Origin: Rhodothermales bacterium
Lineage (GTDB): Bacteria; Bacteroidota; Rhodothermia; Rhodothermales; DASSAV01
Reading direction: 5' to 3'
Length of the DNA: 36,200 nt
Assembly: GCA_035699265.1 (NCBI GenBank)
Contig: DASSAV010000079.1
Span: 1-36,200, forward strand
Below the pieces are notes generated by a model that worked only from the letters and a program-made list of their open reading frames with translations, was not told where the DNA came from and ran no database searches. How positions within the stretch are numbered: position 1 is the stretch's first letter; each line of letters starts with the position of its first letter. This document shows, in pieces, positions 17,620-26,137 of the stretch. The position numbers and the translations under genes are program-made.

Positions 17620-18837
17620 ATGGCTTCGACACTCACAACGCCTTCGCTTGACCTCGAGAACCGCGTATCCAGGCGAATGCGTTCGATCCCTCCGAGTGGG
17701 ATCCGCCGCTTTTTTGAAATCGCGGCGACGATGCAGGATGTGATCTCACTGGGCATAGGCGAACCCGATTTCGTGTCGCCTCGGCCGGTCATAGACACAG
17801 CGGTGAATGCGCTCCACCAAGGAAAGACCGGTTACACGGCCAATGCCGGCCTCCTCGAATTGCGTGAAGCCGTTTCTGACGAGCTGGAGCGTCTCTACGG
17901 CGTTACCTACGATCCCGGGCGGGAGATCATCATCACGGTCGGGGTCAGCGAGGCCATGCTCATCACCATGCTCGCGCTGCTCGATCCGGGCGATGAGATT
18001 CTGATCCCGGAGCCCTGTTTCGTCTCATATGGCCCCTCGGCCCAATTTGCAGGGGCCACGGTCACCTACGTTCCCACCTCGGTCGAACACGACTTTCAGG
18101 TCACGGCAGCAGACATCGAGGCTCGTGTCTCGCCACGGTCGAAGGTGCTCTTCCTCGGGTACCCGAATAACCCGACGGGTGCCGTGCTTCGGCGGGAGAC
18201 GCTTGAGGAGATCGCGGAAGTGGTCGTCAAGCACGATCTGCTCGTCATTTCCGACGAGATCTACGACCGGCTAGTGTACGGCGATGCATTTGAGAGAGGA
18301 CACGTCTGCATTCCGTCCATTGATGCGCTGCGGGATCGAACCGTACTGTTGGGCGGCTTCTCGAAGGGATACGCCATGACCGGTTGGCGCATCGGGTATG
18401 CCTGTGCCCCCAACGAGATTTATCAGGCCATGTACAAGGCCCATCAGTACGTCGTGATGAGCGCCCCGACCATGGCCCAGATCGGTGCGGTGACGGCAAT
18501 ACGAGACTGCCAGGGGGATGTCGAAGCGATGCGAGAGGCGTACGATCAGCGCAGGCGCGTAATTGTTGACGGGCTCCGCGCGGCAGGTCTCCCCACCTTC
18601 GAGCCAGAGGGCGCCTTCTACTGCTTCCCGGATATCCGGTCTACCGGCCTTACGTCGGAGGAGTTTGCGCAGAAGCTGCTGGAAGAAGAGCACGTGGCAT
18701 GCGTGCCCGGTGATGCTTTCGGACCCAGCGGTGCCGGGTACGTGCGTTGCTCCTATGCTACGGGCCTGGACAAAGTGGAGGAGGCGGTCAAACGCATGAC
18801 GAGGTTTGCCCGCAAATACCAGGCGAGCATCTCGTAA
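17620..18837 (+). CDS. Class I/II PLP-dependent aminotransferase (aspartate/aromatic-type)
   Basis: ISLGIGEPDF, YPNNPTG and the PLP-lysine motif FSKGYAMTGWRIGY. ATG at 17620 (MASTLTT); the track start at 17596 is a TTG. Confidence 0.88.
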   Translation: MASTLTTPSLDLENRVSRRMRSIPPSGIRRFFEIAATMQDVISLGIGEPDFVSPRPVIDTAVNALHQGKTGYTANAGLLELREAVSDELERLYGVTYDPGREIIITVGVSEAMLITMLALLDPGDEILIPEPCFVSYGPSAQFAGATVTYVPTSVEHDFQVTAADIEARVSPRSKVLFLGYPNNPTGAVLRRETLEEIAEVVVKHDLLVISDEIYDRLVYGDAFERGHVCIPSIDALRDRTVLLGGFSKGYAMTGWRIGYACAPNEIYQAMYKAHQYVVMSAPTMAQIGAVTAIRDCQGDVEAMREAYDQRRRVIVDGLRAAGLPTFEPEGAFYCFPDIRSTGLTSEEFAQKLLEEEHVACVPGDAFGPSGAGYVRCSYATGLDKVEEAVKRMTRFARKYQASIS

Positions 18838-18894
18838 ACTGCCTGAAATGCCTACTTAGGTCATGTTACATCCGTACCGTTGATGTAATACCGA

Positions 18895-18910
18895 GCGCAA
18901 ACGATTGCGC
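18895..18910. promoter_or_regulatory. Near-palindromic PurR/LacI-type operator-like site, distal copy
   Basis: GCGCAAACGATTGCGC differs at one position from the perfect palindrome at 19076..19091. It lies 58 nt after the aminotransferase stop and could alternatively be only an RNA hairpin. Confidence 0.35.
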
Positions 18911-19074
18911 TAAGGAGCTCGCTTGCAGTTCTTTTTGAAGGGATAGGGAATACCTCTACGGTCCCCTTCTGTCTGAGTACTGCGCCACCCCTGCTGCAAT
19001 ACATGAAAATGGCGCTTCGCATACTCCCGGGTCATACGCAATGGTTTTCCCTTGTAGCGATCCCTGCGCAACAG

Positions 19075-19092
19075 TGCGCAAACGTTTGCGCA
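19075..19092. promoter_or_regulatory. Perfect 18-bp palindrome resembling a PurR/LacI-family operator, proximal copy
   Basis: TGCGCAAACGTTTGCGCA. The core CGCAAACGTTTGCG equals the idealised E. coli PUR-box core. An extra TGCGCAA half-site lies directly upstream (19065..19071). It sits about 195 nt upstream of the glycoside hydrolase start. Confidence 0.5.
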
Positions 19093-19285
19093 AAACACCG
19101 CAGTTAACTTGCCTCCCGCTCTGATGAACGCTGGCACCAACGAACATGCGTAGCGCTAGAACCGGCACTACGTAATAGAAGCTTCTCGTTTCAGCCGCTC
19201 TACACGCTGCTATCGGCGTCCTCAGTTGGTGCACGAGGCTGAAGCGAGATCGCCCAACTCCCCAACCAAAACACGGAGGCATTCA

Positions 19286-20713
19286 ATGGAGGCACAATTC
19301 AGTCTACGGTCTTGGAAGCGCTTACAAGTGCTGCTCCCACTGCTCCTCACGTGCAGTTTGCTCGCGGCATGTGATGCAAACCGCGGTTCACTCGTCGGCC
19401 CGGAAGGTAGCGGCACCCGGCACAACGGCGGCATTTCAGCAAATGGTAAGCCGGGCGGGGACGGTCCGCCCCCGAACGTGACCAAGCCCATTTCTTTCTC
19501 CATTCTGGAAGACTATGACAAGGGAGAAGACCTCAATTCGATCGCTCAGGACTTCCAACTCTTCAACGAGCTCGAAGTAAACACGTGGCGGGGTAGCTTT
19601 GGGTGGGATGACTATGAGCCTTCGCAGGGTACGTACGACTTCACCTGGCTCAACGACTTCGCGAATCTGGCAGCCCAGTACAACATCAGCCTGCGGCCCT
19701 ATCTGGGATACACGGCCCCCTGGGCGGCAATCGGGGGCTCGGACGGGATATACTGGAACGATCCACCAGCTAATCTGCAGGACTGGACGAACTTCGTTGC
19801 CAACCTGTCAGCAGACCTGAGCTCGCATAGCAACGTACTCTCCTACGAAATCTATAACGAGGAGAACGACACGTTCTGGTGGGAAGGCTCCATGGCCCAG
19901 TATAATGACGTGCTGAGGGCGGCATCGGACGCGATTCATATCAATGATCCCGATGCACAGGTCATTCTCGGAGGGTTCGTCTTCCCCGAATACGAGTGGA
20001 TCAATGGCACGTGTACGACCTACCAGAATGCCGGAGCATTCGATATTGCGCCGTTCCATGCCTACCCCGAAACGTGGAGCCGCAACAATGTGACGGTGGA
20101 GAGCTATCTGGACGCTCAGTACCACGATTGGTATGTTCCGTCCGTTCAGAACGATTGTGGCGGAAAGCCGATCTGGATCAACGAGACGGGCTTCGCTGCT
20201 CCCTACAACGGGACGACGGAGCAGGATCAGGCGAACTGGTGGGTACGGGCGTTCGCGACCTTCCTCGCAGACCCGAACATCGAGCATCTCGGCATCTATG
20301 AGATCAAAGACCTTGACCCATCGTCCGGTGCCATTGGCGATTCGACCAACTATCATCTTGGACTGACGTACGCCGATCGTACGAAGAAGCTCGCTTTCTA
20401 TACGGTTGACATGCTTACCGATCTGTTCAATGTTGGAACGATCACTACGGCCGACGGTGAACTGACGAAATCGGGGCGCTCCAGAGGTTTCAACGGGCAT
20501 CTGTTCAAACGCCCGGATGGGAGCCAGATCCTGATCGTATACGACGTGAGTTCCAGTGCAACGGTGGACTTGACGGTACAAACCCCCGGAACTTCCGTCA
20601 CGGAGTACGCTCTGAATGGATCGTCATCCACTTATTCGAATTTTGATGGGACCACACTTCACGGCGTAGCTCTTACAGAGGGGAATCCAAGAGTTTTCCT
20701 CATTCAGCCCTGA
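19286..20713 (+). CDS. Secreted clan GH-A (TIM-barrel, GH39/GH5-like) glycoside hydrolase lipoprotein
   Basis: The ATG at 19286 is preceded by ACGGAGG. Lipobox signal LLLTCSLLAAC. Candidate acid/base in SYEIYNEEN and nucleophile in IWINETGF, spaced as in clan GH-A enzymes. The exact family cannot be assigned by eye. Confidence 0.7.
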   Translation: MEAQFSLRSWKRLQVLLPLLLTCSLLAACDANRGSLVGPEGSGTRHNGGISANGKPGGDGPPPNVTKPISFSILEDYDKGEDLNSIAQDFQLFNELEVNTWRGSFGWDDYEPSQGTYDFTWLNDFANLAAQYNISLRPYLGYTAPWAAIGGSDGIYWNDPPANLQDWTNFVANLSADLSSHSNVLSYEIYNEENDTFWWEGSMAQYNDVLRAASDAIHINDPDAQVILGGFVFPEYEWINGTCTTYQNAGAFDIAPFHAYPETWSRNNVTVESYLDAQYHDWYVPSVQNDCGGKPIWINETGFAAPYNGTTEQDQANWWVRAFATFLADPNIEHLGIYEIKDLDPSSGAIGDSTNYHLGLTYADRTKKLAFYTVDMLTDLFNVGTITTADGELTKSGRSRGFNGHLFKRPDGSQILIVYDVSSSATVDLTVQTPGTSVTEYALNGSSSTYSNFDGTTLHGVALTEGNPRVFLIQP

Positions 20714-20739
20714 CACAGGAACCCTCACATCTTACATTG

Positions 20740-20780
20740 GGAGCGTCCTCATCCGTCACGGATGAGGACGCTCCTTTTTG
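20740..20780 (+). terminator. Strong rho-independent terminator after the glycoside hydrolase
   Basis: 16-bp perfect stem GGAGCGTCCTCATCCG / CGGATGAGGACGCTCC, loop TCA, then TTTTTG. Confidence 0.9.
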
Positions 20781-20820
20781 GTTTCTTTGCTACTCTTGCT
20801 GTGATAAACCCTACTCGGCG

Positions 20821-21177
20821 ATGAAGCCCGCAATCTCCCTTTCCCTGGCTATCCTCCTGCACGTATTCTTCGGTTGGGCCTGGACGGTGTTAGCCGGAGT
20901 ATTGGCGGGCATGTGGATCCCCCGCCGAGGGTGGCTGGTCGGCGCAGCCGTAGTAGCGCTGGACTGGCTGCTGCTCGTCATCTGGAATTACGTTGTTGCG
21001 GGCCATGAGGTCTCCAGGATGCTTACTGCCGTTGGCGGCATCATCGGAAACCTCCCCGGACCCGTCGTCGTAGGGGTGACGCTTCTCGTTGGCGCCCTTC
21101 TGGGCATGTTCGGCGGTCTGATCGGCTCCAGCATAACCGCGCTTGCGCGCCAGAGCAAAACCGAAGCGGCTGCCTGA
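20821..21177 (+). CDS. Small multi-pass membrane protein of unknown function
   Basis: The ATG at 20821 (MKPAISLSLAILLHVFFGWAWTVLAGVLAG) lies downstream of the terminator that falls inside the track ORF starting at 20737. Three to four hydrophobic helices. No recognisable family. Confidence 0.55.
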   Translation: MKPAISLSLAILLHVFFGWAWTVLAGVLAGMWIPRRGWLVGAAVVALDWLLLVIWNYVVAGHEVSRMLTAVGGIIGNLPGPVVVGVTLLVGALLGMFGGLIGSSITALARQSKTEAAA

Positions 21178-21222
21178 ATCCTCCTGTTTTACCCCGCCCT
21201 TATTCTTTGAACTGAACTCGTT

Positions 21223-22342
21223 ATGATCCAACACGAGAATATCTCTAGCCTGTTAGAGCGTGTGGACACGCTCGGGAGGTATCTTTGACGTCGCTCGACG
21301 CGAGCAGACAGTAGCAAATCTCAGTCAGAAGCGGCTCGACCCGGACTTCTGGAATGATCCGGACGCAGCCCGCGATGTCGAGAGACAGATCGCCTCGGAG
21401 GAAACGTGGCTGCGTTCGTGGCGCGAGGTCAGGCGGTACGCAGATGATCTTGAAACGCTCCAGCTACTGGCCGATGAAGATGAAACGGCCGATCTGAGCG
21501 GCGAGATCGGAACCGAAGCGGAGCAGCTCGAGAAGGCGCTCGATGCGCTCGAAATGCGCAGCATGCTGAGTGGACCCGACGACGAACGCAACGCCATTCT
21601 GACCATCCACCCCGGGGCAGGGGGGACCGAGAGCCAGGACTGGGCCGAAATCCTGCTCCGCATGTATACCCGCTGGGGCGAGCGCCAGGGCTACAAGGTA
21701 AACATGCTCGAATACCAGCCGGGTGATGTGGCGGGCATCAAGAGCGCATCGCTCCGATTCGAAGGCCACATGGCCTTCGGCTTCCTGAAGGCCGAAAACG
21801 GTGTGCACCGGCTCGTACGTATCTCACCCTTCGATTCCAGTGGGCGCAGGCATACGTCCTTCACGAGTGTCTTCGTGTTTCCTGAGATCGATGATAACAT
21901 CAACATTGAATTAAAGCCGGACGAAGTGGAGTTGCAGACGTTTCGCTCTGGCGGCAAAGGCGGGCAGAACGTCAACAAGGTCGAAACCGGGGTACGTTTG
22001 ATCTGGACCGGCCACCTTTCCAATGGCGAAGAGGCGCGTGTCGTCGCCGAATGTACGGAGGAACGGAGCCAGCTTCAGAACCGTGAGCGTGCCATGACCA
22101 TGCTCAAGAGCCGCATCTACCAGATGGAACGAGAAATCCAGGAAGCGGCCAGGAATGAGGTGGAAGCACAAAAGAAGAAGATCGAGTGGGGTAGCCAGAT
22201 TCGATCTTACGTCTTCCAGCCTTACACCATGGTGAATGACCATCGCACTGAGACCAAAGTGACGGACGTGCAGTCGGTAATGGACGGCGACATAGAGCCG
22301 TTTATAAAAGCTTATCTTTTGCAGCAGGCAAATCCTGCCTGA
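21223..22342 (+). CDS. prfB: Peptide chain release factor 2, expressed through a programmed +1 frameshift: join(21223..21285, 21287..22342)
   Basis: Frame 0 reads ATG(21223) MIQHENISSLLERVDTLGRYL then TGA(21286). The body continues in the +1 frame (DVARREQTV ...) and carries SPF (RISPFDSSGRRHTSF) and GGQ (SGGKGGQNVNKVETGVR) motifs. Confidence 0.92.
21274..21289 (+). promoter_or_regulatory. prfB +1 frameshift site (internal SD-like element plus slippery CTT TGA C)
   Basis: GGGAGG TAT CTT TGA C, which is the canonical RF2 autoregulatory arrangement. Confidence 0.9.
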
Positions 22343-22384
22343 TACGACCGCGCACAAAAACGCCAATCCCACCCTCGCCGCTCG

Positions 22385-23977
22385 ATGAGTGAAGTACACA
22401 GGTTCGATTTCCTCGTGATCGGCAGCGGTGTGGCGGGCCTTTCATTCGCCCGGCGAGTAGCCGAGTACGGCACGGTAGCCGTCATCACGAAGAAAGAATC
22501 CGTCGAGTCCAATACGAACTATGCCCAGGGTGGAATCGCGGCCGTAATGGACGGCTCCGACTCTTACGCCAGCCACGTCGAAGACACGCTCGTCGCAGGG
22601 GCTGGGCTGTGTGACCAGCACGTCGTCGAAATCGTTGTCGAGGAAGGGCCGGAGCGGGTGCGCGAGTTGATGGCGCTAGGAGCCGATTTCACCCGCAAAG
22701 ACGGTCAGCTTCACCTGGGCAGGGAGGGCGGCCACTCGACGCACCGCATCGTTCACGCCGCCGACACCACCGGACGGGAGGTGGAGCGGGCGCTATTGCA
22801 CCAGGTCAGGACGCATCCGAACATTCAGGTGTTCGAGTATCACTTCGCCCTGGAGCTGATCACCGAGCATCACCTCGGGCAGCACGTCACGAGGCTCCGC
22901 CCCGACGTCCATTGCTTCGGCGCCTACGTGTTTGACGAACGGGGAGGGCGCGTGCTCACGTTCCTCTCGAAAGTGTGCATGCTCGCGAGCGGGGGATCGG
23001 GGCAAGTCTACCTTCACACCACGAATCCTGACGTGGCGACGGGCGATGGCCTGGCGATGGCCTATCGTGCCAAGGCACGGGTGGCGAACATGGAATTTGT
23101 CCAGTTCCACCCCACGTCGCTCTACATCCCCGAAGCAGACTCCTTCCTCATCTCCGAGGCCGTCAGGGGAGAAGGAGCCTTGCTGCGAAACCAGGCCGGA
23201 GAGCGCTTCATGCCGGAGTACGACGCCCGCGCCGAGCTCGCTCCGCGCGACGTAGTGGCCCGCGCGATTGACGATCAGCTCAAGATGCGCGGTGAGGAGT
23301 ACGTCCTGCTCGACATCTCCCACAAACCGGCCGGCGAGGTGCGCGAGCACTTCCCCAACATTTACGAGACGTGCCTGCGTTACGGGATCGACATGACGCA
23401 GGAGCCGATTCCGGTCGTTCCGGCTGCACATTACCAGTGTGGGGGGGTGCTCGTCGATATCTTTGCACGCACGACCGTAGCGGGTCTGTTTGCCAGTGGA
23501 GAGGTAGCCTGCACAGGTCTGCATGGGGCCAATCGGCTCGCCAGCAACTCGCTTCTCGAAGCGCTCGTCTTTAGCCACAGGGCCGTTGAACCGGCTGTGG
23601 AGTATGCCCGCTCCCAGACGTGGCGTGCCGATGTGCCGGGCTGGGATGCGAGCGGTACGGAACAGCCGCACGAATGGGTGCTCGTCTCCCACAACCGTGA
23701 TGAATTGCGAAGAGTGATGTGGAACTACGTCGGGATCGTCCGGTCGATGCTTCGCCTGGAACGGGCGTTCCGCCGCACACATCTGCTCTACGAAGAGACG
23801 GAGGATTTTTACCGGCGGTCGTCTGTATCGACAGAAGTGGGTGAACTGCGCAATCTCATCGTCGTCGCCTACCTCATCATCCACAGTGCCATGATGCGCC
23901 ACGAAAGCAGGGGATTGCACTACCTGCTGGACTACCCCGAGCCGGCCGAACACGAGCGCCGAATGACGCTGGTGTAG
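22385..23977 (+). CDS. nadB: L-aspartate oxidase
   Basis: FDFLVIGSGVAGLSFA dinucleotide-binding motif, YAQGGIAA, HPTSLY, GGVLVD and GLHGANRLASNSLLE, typical of NadB / succinate dehydrogenase flavoprotein-type enzymes. The length of 530 aa fits NadB. Confidence 0.9.
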   Translation: MSEVHRFDFLVIGSGVAGLSFARRVAEYGTVAVITKKESVESNTNYAQGGIAAVMDGSDSYASHVEDTLVAGAGLCDQHVVEIVVEEGPERVRELMALGADFTRKDGQLHLGREGGHSTHRIVHAADTTGREVERALLHQVRTHPNIQVFEYHFALELITEHHLGQHVTRLRPDVHCFGAYVFDERGGRVLTFLSKVCMLASGGSGQVYLHTTNPDVATGDGLAMAYRAKARVANMEFVQFHPTSLYIPEADSFLISEAVRGEGALLRNQAGERFMPEYDARAELAPRDVVARAIDDQLKMRGEEYVLLDISHKPAGEVREHFPNIYETCLRYGIDMTQEPIPVVPAAHYQCGGVLVDIFARTTVAGLFASGEVACTGLHGANRLASNSLLEALVFSHRAVEPAVEYARSQTWRADVPGWDASGTEQPHEWVLVSHNRDELRRVMWNYVGIVRSMLRLERAFRRTHLLYEETEDFYRRSSVSTEVGELRNLIVVAYLIIHSAMMRHESRGLHYLLDYPEPAEHERRMTLV

Positions 23978-24088
23978 TACGCCGGGCATTTCCAGTCGCC
24001 GCTCACGGGTACGGTCCGTCCGGAGTTTCAACACCTAAACCGCTGAAACATTGCGACGTAACGGGCGTTTGTGCTGAGCGTGACAAAG

Positions 24089-24117
24089 TTGCGTGGATGC
24101 GTCCGGGGGGTTATATT
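24089..24117 (+). promoter_or_regulatory. Candidate sigma70-type promoter for the rimP-nusA-infB operon
   Basis: TTGCGT (24089..24094), 17-nt spacer, TATATT (24112..24117). Motif match only. Confidence 0.35.
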
Positions 24118-24126
24118 GAAGTCACG

Positions 24127-24156
24127 GGAAGGGGGGCGCTTTGAGTCCCCTTTTTT
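24127..24156 (+). terminator. Weak terminator-like hairpin with U6 tract, first of two in the rimP leader
   Basis: AAGGGG (24129..24134), 12-nt loop, CCCC (24147..24150), TTTTTT (24151..24156). The upstream A/G run can also pair with the T tract. Confidence 0.35.
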
Positions 24157-24180
24157 CGTGGCGTAGACGATTTGTATGGA

Positions 24181-24213
24181 AGCGCCCGTCCTCTCGGCAG
24201 ACGGGCGTTTTTT
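24181..24213 (+). terminator. Canonical intrinsic terminator hairpin 39 nt upstream of rimP
   Basis: Stem (AG)CGCCCGTC / GACGGGCG(TT), 9-nt loop, followed by TTTTTT (24208..24213). Confidence 0.7.
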
Positions 24214-24251
24214 GTAGGATGGAACCGGATTTGATTGGATGAAGCAGGCCT

Positions 24252-24734
24252 ATGAGCGGTGTGGAACTGGATGGACTGACGGGCTTGGAAACCCGAGTGC
24301 GCAGGATAGTGGAGGAGGTCATTCAAGGCACTCCCTTGTTCCTCGTCGATCTGGATATTCGTGGCCGAAAGGGCTCACAGGTAGTTGATGTGTTCATTGA
24401 TAGTGACGAAAAGCTGGATGTGGAAGAACTCGCGCGCGTAAGCCGCGAGGTCGGCTTCCTTCTGGATGCGGAGGACGTTATGCAGGGGCACTACAGCCTC
24501 AATGTTTCCTCGCCAGGGCTGAACCGGCCGCTGTCTTTGCCGCGTCAGTATCGGAAGAATGTCGGCAGGACGCTCGAGGTGCGGTATCGAAATGAAGATG
24601 GCGCGAACGTGACGGCTATCGGTACCTTGTCGTCCGTGACTGATAACGAAATAGAATTGTCTACAGACTTGGAAGGGGTACTTCGGATTCCCTACGCCGA
24701 CGTCGTGGAAGCGAAGGTCCAGTTGCCCTGGTAG
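24252..24734 (+). CDS. rimP: Ribosome maturation factor RimP
   Basis: LVDLDIRGRKGSQVVDVFIDSD ... YSLNVSSPGLNRPLSLPRQYRKNVGRTLEV is the RimP signature. The gene sits directly upstream of nusA. Confidence 0.88.
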   Translation: MSGVELDGLTGLETRVRRIVEEVIQGTPLFLVDLDIRGRKGSQVVDVFIDSDEKLDVEELARVSREVGFLLDAEDVMQGHYSLNVSSPGLNRPLSLPRQYRKNVGRTLEVRYRNEDGANVTAIGTLSSVTDNEIELSTDLEGVLRIPYADVVEAKVQLPW

Positions 24735-24758
24735 TATCGTTTAAAAGATTTGAAACAC

Positions 24759-24778
24759 GCTGCTTCACGCGAAGCAGC
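24759..24778 (+). other. Intercistronic hairpin between rimP and nusA, with no U tract
   Basis: GCTGCTTC ACGC GAAGCAGC: perfect 8-bp stem, 21 nt upstream of the nusA ATG. Confidence 0.5.
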
Positions 24779-24799
24779 AAACAGAATATCAACAGCCGT

Positions 24800-26071
24800 A
24801 TGCATAGCTCATCGCTGGTTTCCTCGTTTGCGGAGATTGCGCGCGAGAAGGACATCGACCGGGATACGCTCCAGCTTATCGTGGAGGATGTGTTCCGTGC
24901 CATGATTCGCAAGCGCTATGGTTCGGATGAAGCCTTTGAAATCATCTTCAACCCGGATCATGGCGACATTCAGATCCTCCACATCCGCGAGGTGGTCGAG
25001 AACCTGGACCTCGAGGATCCCGTTACTCAGATCGAACTCGACGACGCTCACAAAATCGACGAGGACTTTGATCTGGGCGACGATGTCGCAAGCGAGGTGA
25101 ATGTTGCCGACTTTGGTCGCCGTGCCGTTATGACGGCGCGCCAGACCTTCAGCCAGCGCATTCGCGATCTGGAAAAGGAAAATATTTACAAGACGTACCA
25201 GGATATCATTGGCGAGATCGTAGTCGGTGAGGTCTATCAGATCCGCCGCCGCGAAGTGCTGGTGATCCACAATAAGGTCGAACTCATCCTCCCGCGTGAG
25301 GAGCAGATCTTCAAGGATCGCTACCGCAAGGGAGACATGCTGCGGGCAGTGGTGAAAGAGGTCCGCCGCGATGCTACCGGCAGCAACCCGCAGGTCATCG
25401 TCAGCCGCGCGGATCCCATATTCATGGAGCGCCTGTTCGAACTGGAAGTACCCGAGATATACGATGGCATCGTCGAAATCAAGAGGATCGTACGTGAACC
25501 GGGCGACCGGGCTAAGGTAGCTGTCGTAAGCCACGATGAGCGGATCGACCCGGTAGGCGCCTGTGTCGGAATCAAGGGCGTTCGTATCCACGCCGTCGTC
25601 CGGGAGCTCGGAAATGAGAACATCGACGTTTTGGAGTGGTCAGATGACAGGTACGAACTGATAAAGCGTGCACTATCTCCGGCGCGCCCGCTTTCCGTAG
25701 CGGTAAACAAAGAATTGGATCCGCCCCGCGCGAAAGTAGTTGTGCGGGCTGACGAAGTGAGCCAGGCCATCGGTCGCGGTGGCATCAACATCCGGCTGGC
25801 CTCGGCGCTAACCGGTTTTGAGATTGACGTGTACCGTGAGATATCCGCCGACGAAGAGGACATCGAGATTGGGGAGTTTGCGGACGAATTAGAGCAGGAA
25901 ACAGTGCAGCGGCTCCGTGACATCGGTTGCGATTCGGCCAAAGCGGTCCTTGAACTCTCACCGGACGAGTTGGTACGCCGTTCAGGTCTTGAACCTGCTG
26001 TGGCGCAACACGTGCTCTCCATCATACGAACCGAATTCGAGGATGAAGAAGAGGAAGAGCTGGAGAGCTAG
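24800..26071 (+). CDS. nusA: Transcription termination/antitermination factor NusA
   Basis: N-terminal domain, S1 domain (IVVGEVYQIRRREVLVIH), tandem KH domains (DPVGACVGIKGVRIHAVVRELGNENIDV and AIGRGGINIRLASALTGFEIDV) and an acidic C-terminus. Confidence 0.93.
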   Translation: MHSSSLVSSFAEIAREKDIDRDTLQLIVEDVFRAMIRKRYGSDEAFEIIFNPDHGDIQILHIREVVENLDLEDPVTQIELDDAHKIDEDFDLGDDVASEVNVADFGRRAVMTARQTFSQRIRDLEKENIYKTYQDIIGEIVVGEVYQIRRREVLVIHNKVELILPREEQIFKDRYRKGDMLRAVVKEVRRDATGSNPQVIVSRADPIFMERLFELEVPEIYDGIVEIKRIVREPGDRAKVAVVSHDERIDPVGACVGIKGVRIHAVVRELGNENIDVLEWSDDRYELIKRALSPARPLSVAVNKELDPPRAKVVVRADEVSQAIGRGGINIRLASALTGFEIDVYREISADEEDIEIGEFADELEQETVQRLRDIGCDSAKAVLELSPDELVRRSGLEPAVAQHVLSIIRTEFEDEEEEELES

Positions 26072-26137
26072 GCGATTGAAAACCGGTCATGTGCGGCACT
26101 CGCGACCGACAGAGATGTACACAGTAAGAATATTTGC

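Noticed and set aside
19003-19107. 34-codon ATG ORF in the hydrolase upstream region, spanning the palindrome
   Set aside because: It has no SD, no recognisable peptide features and overlaps the operator-like palindrome. It is probably non-coding.
22385-23977. nadB without adjacent nadA or nadC
   Set aside because: Dispersed NAD biosynthesis genes are common, so this alone is not informative.
22793-24034. 413-aa minus-strand ORF
   Set aside because: It is antisense to nadB and shows no family resemblance.
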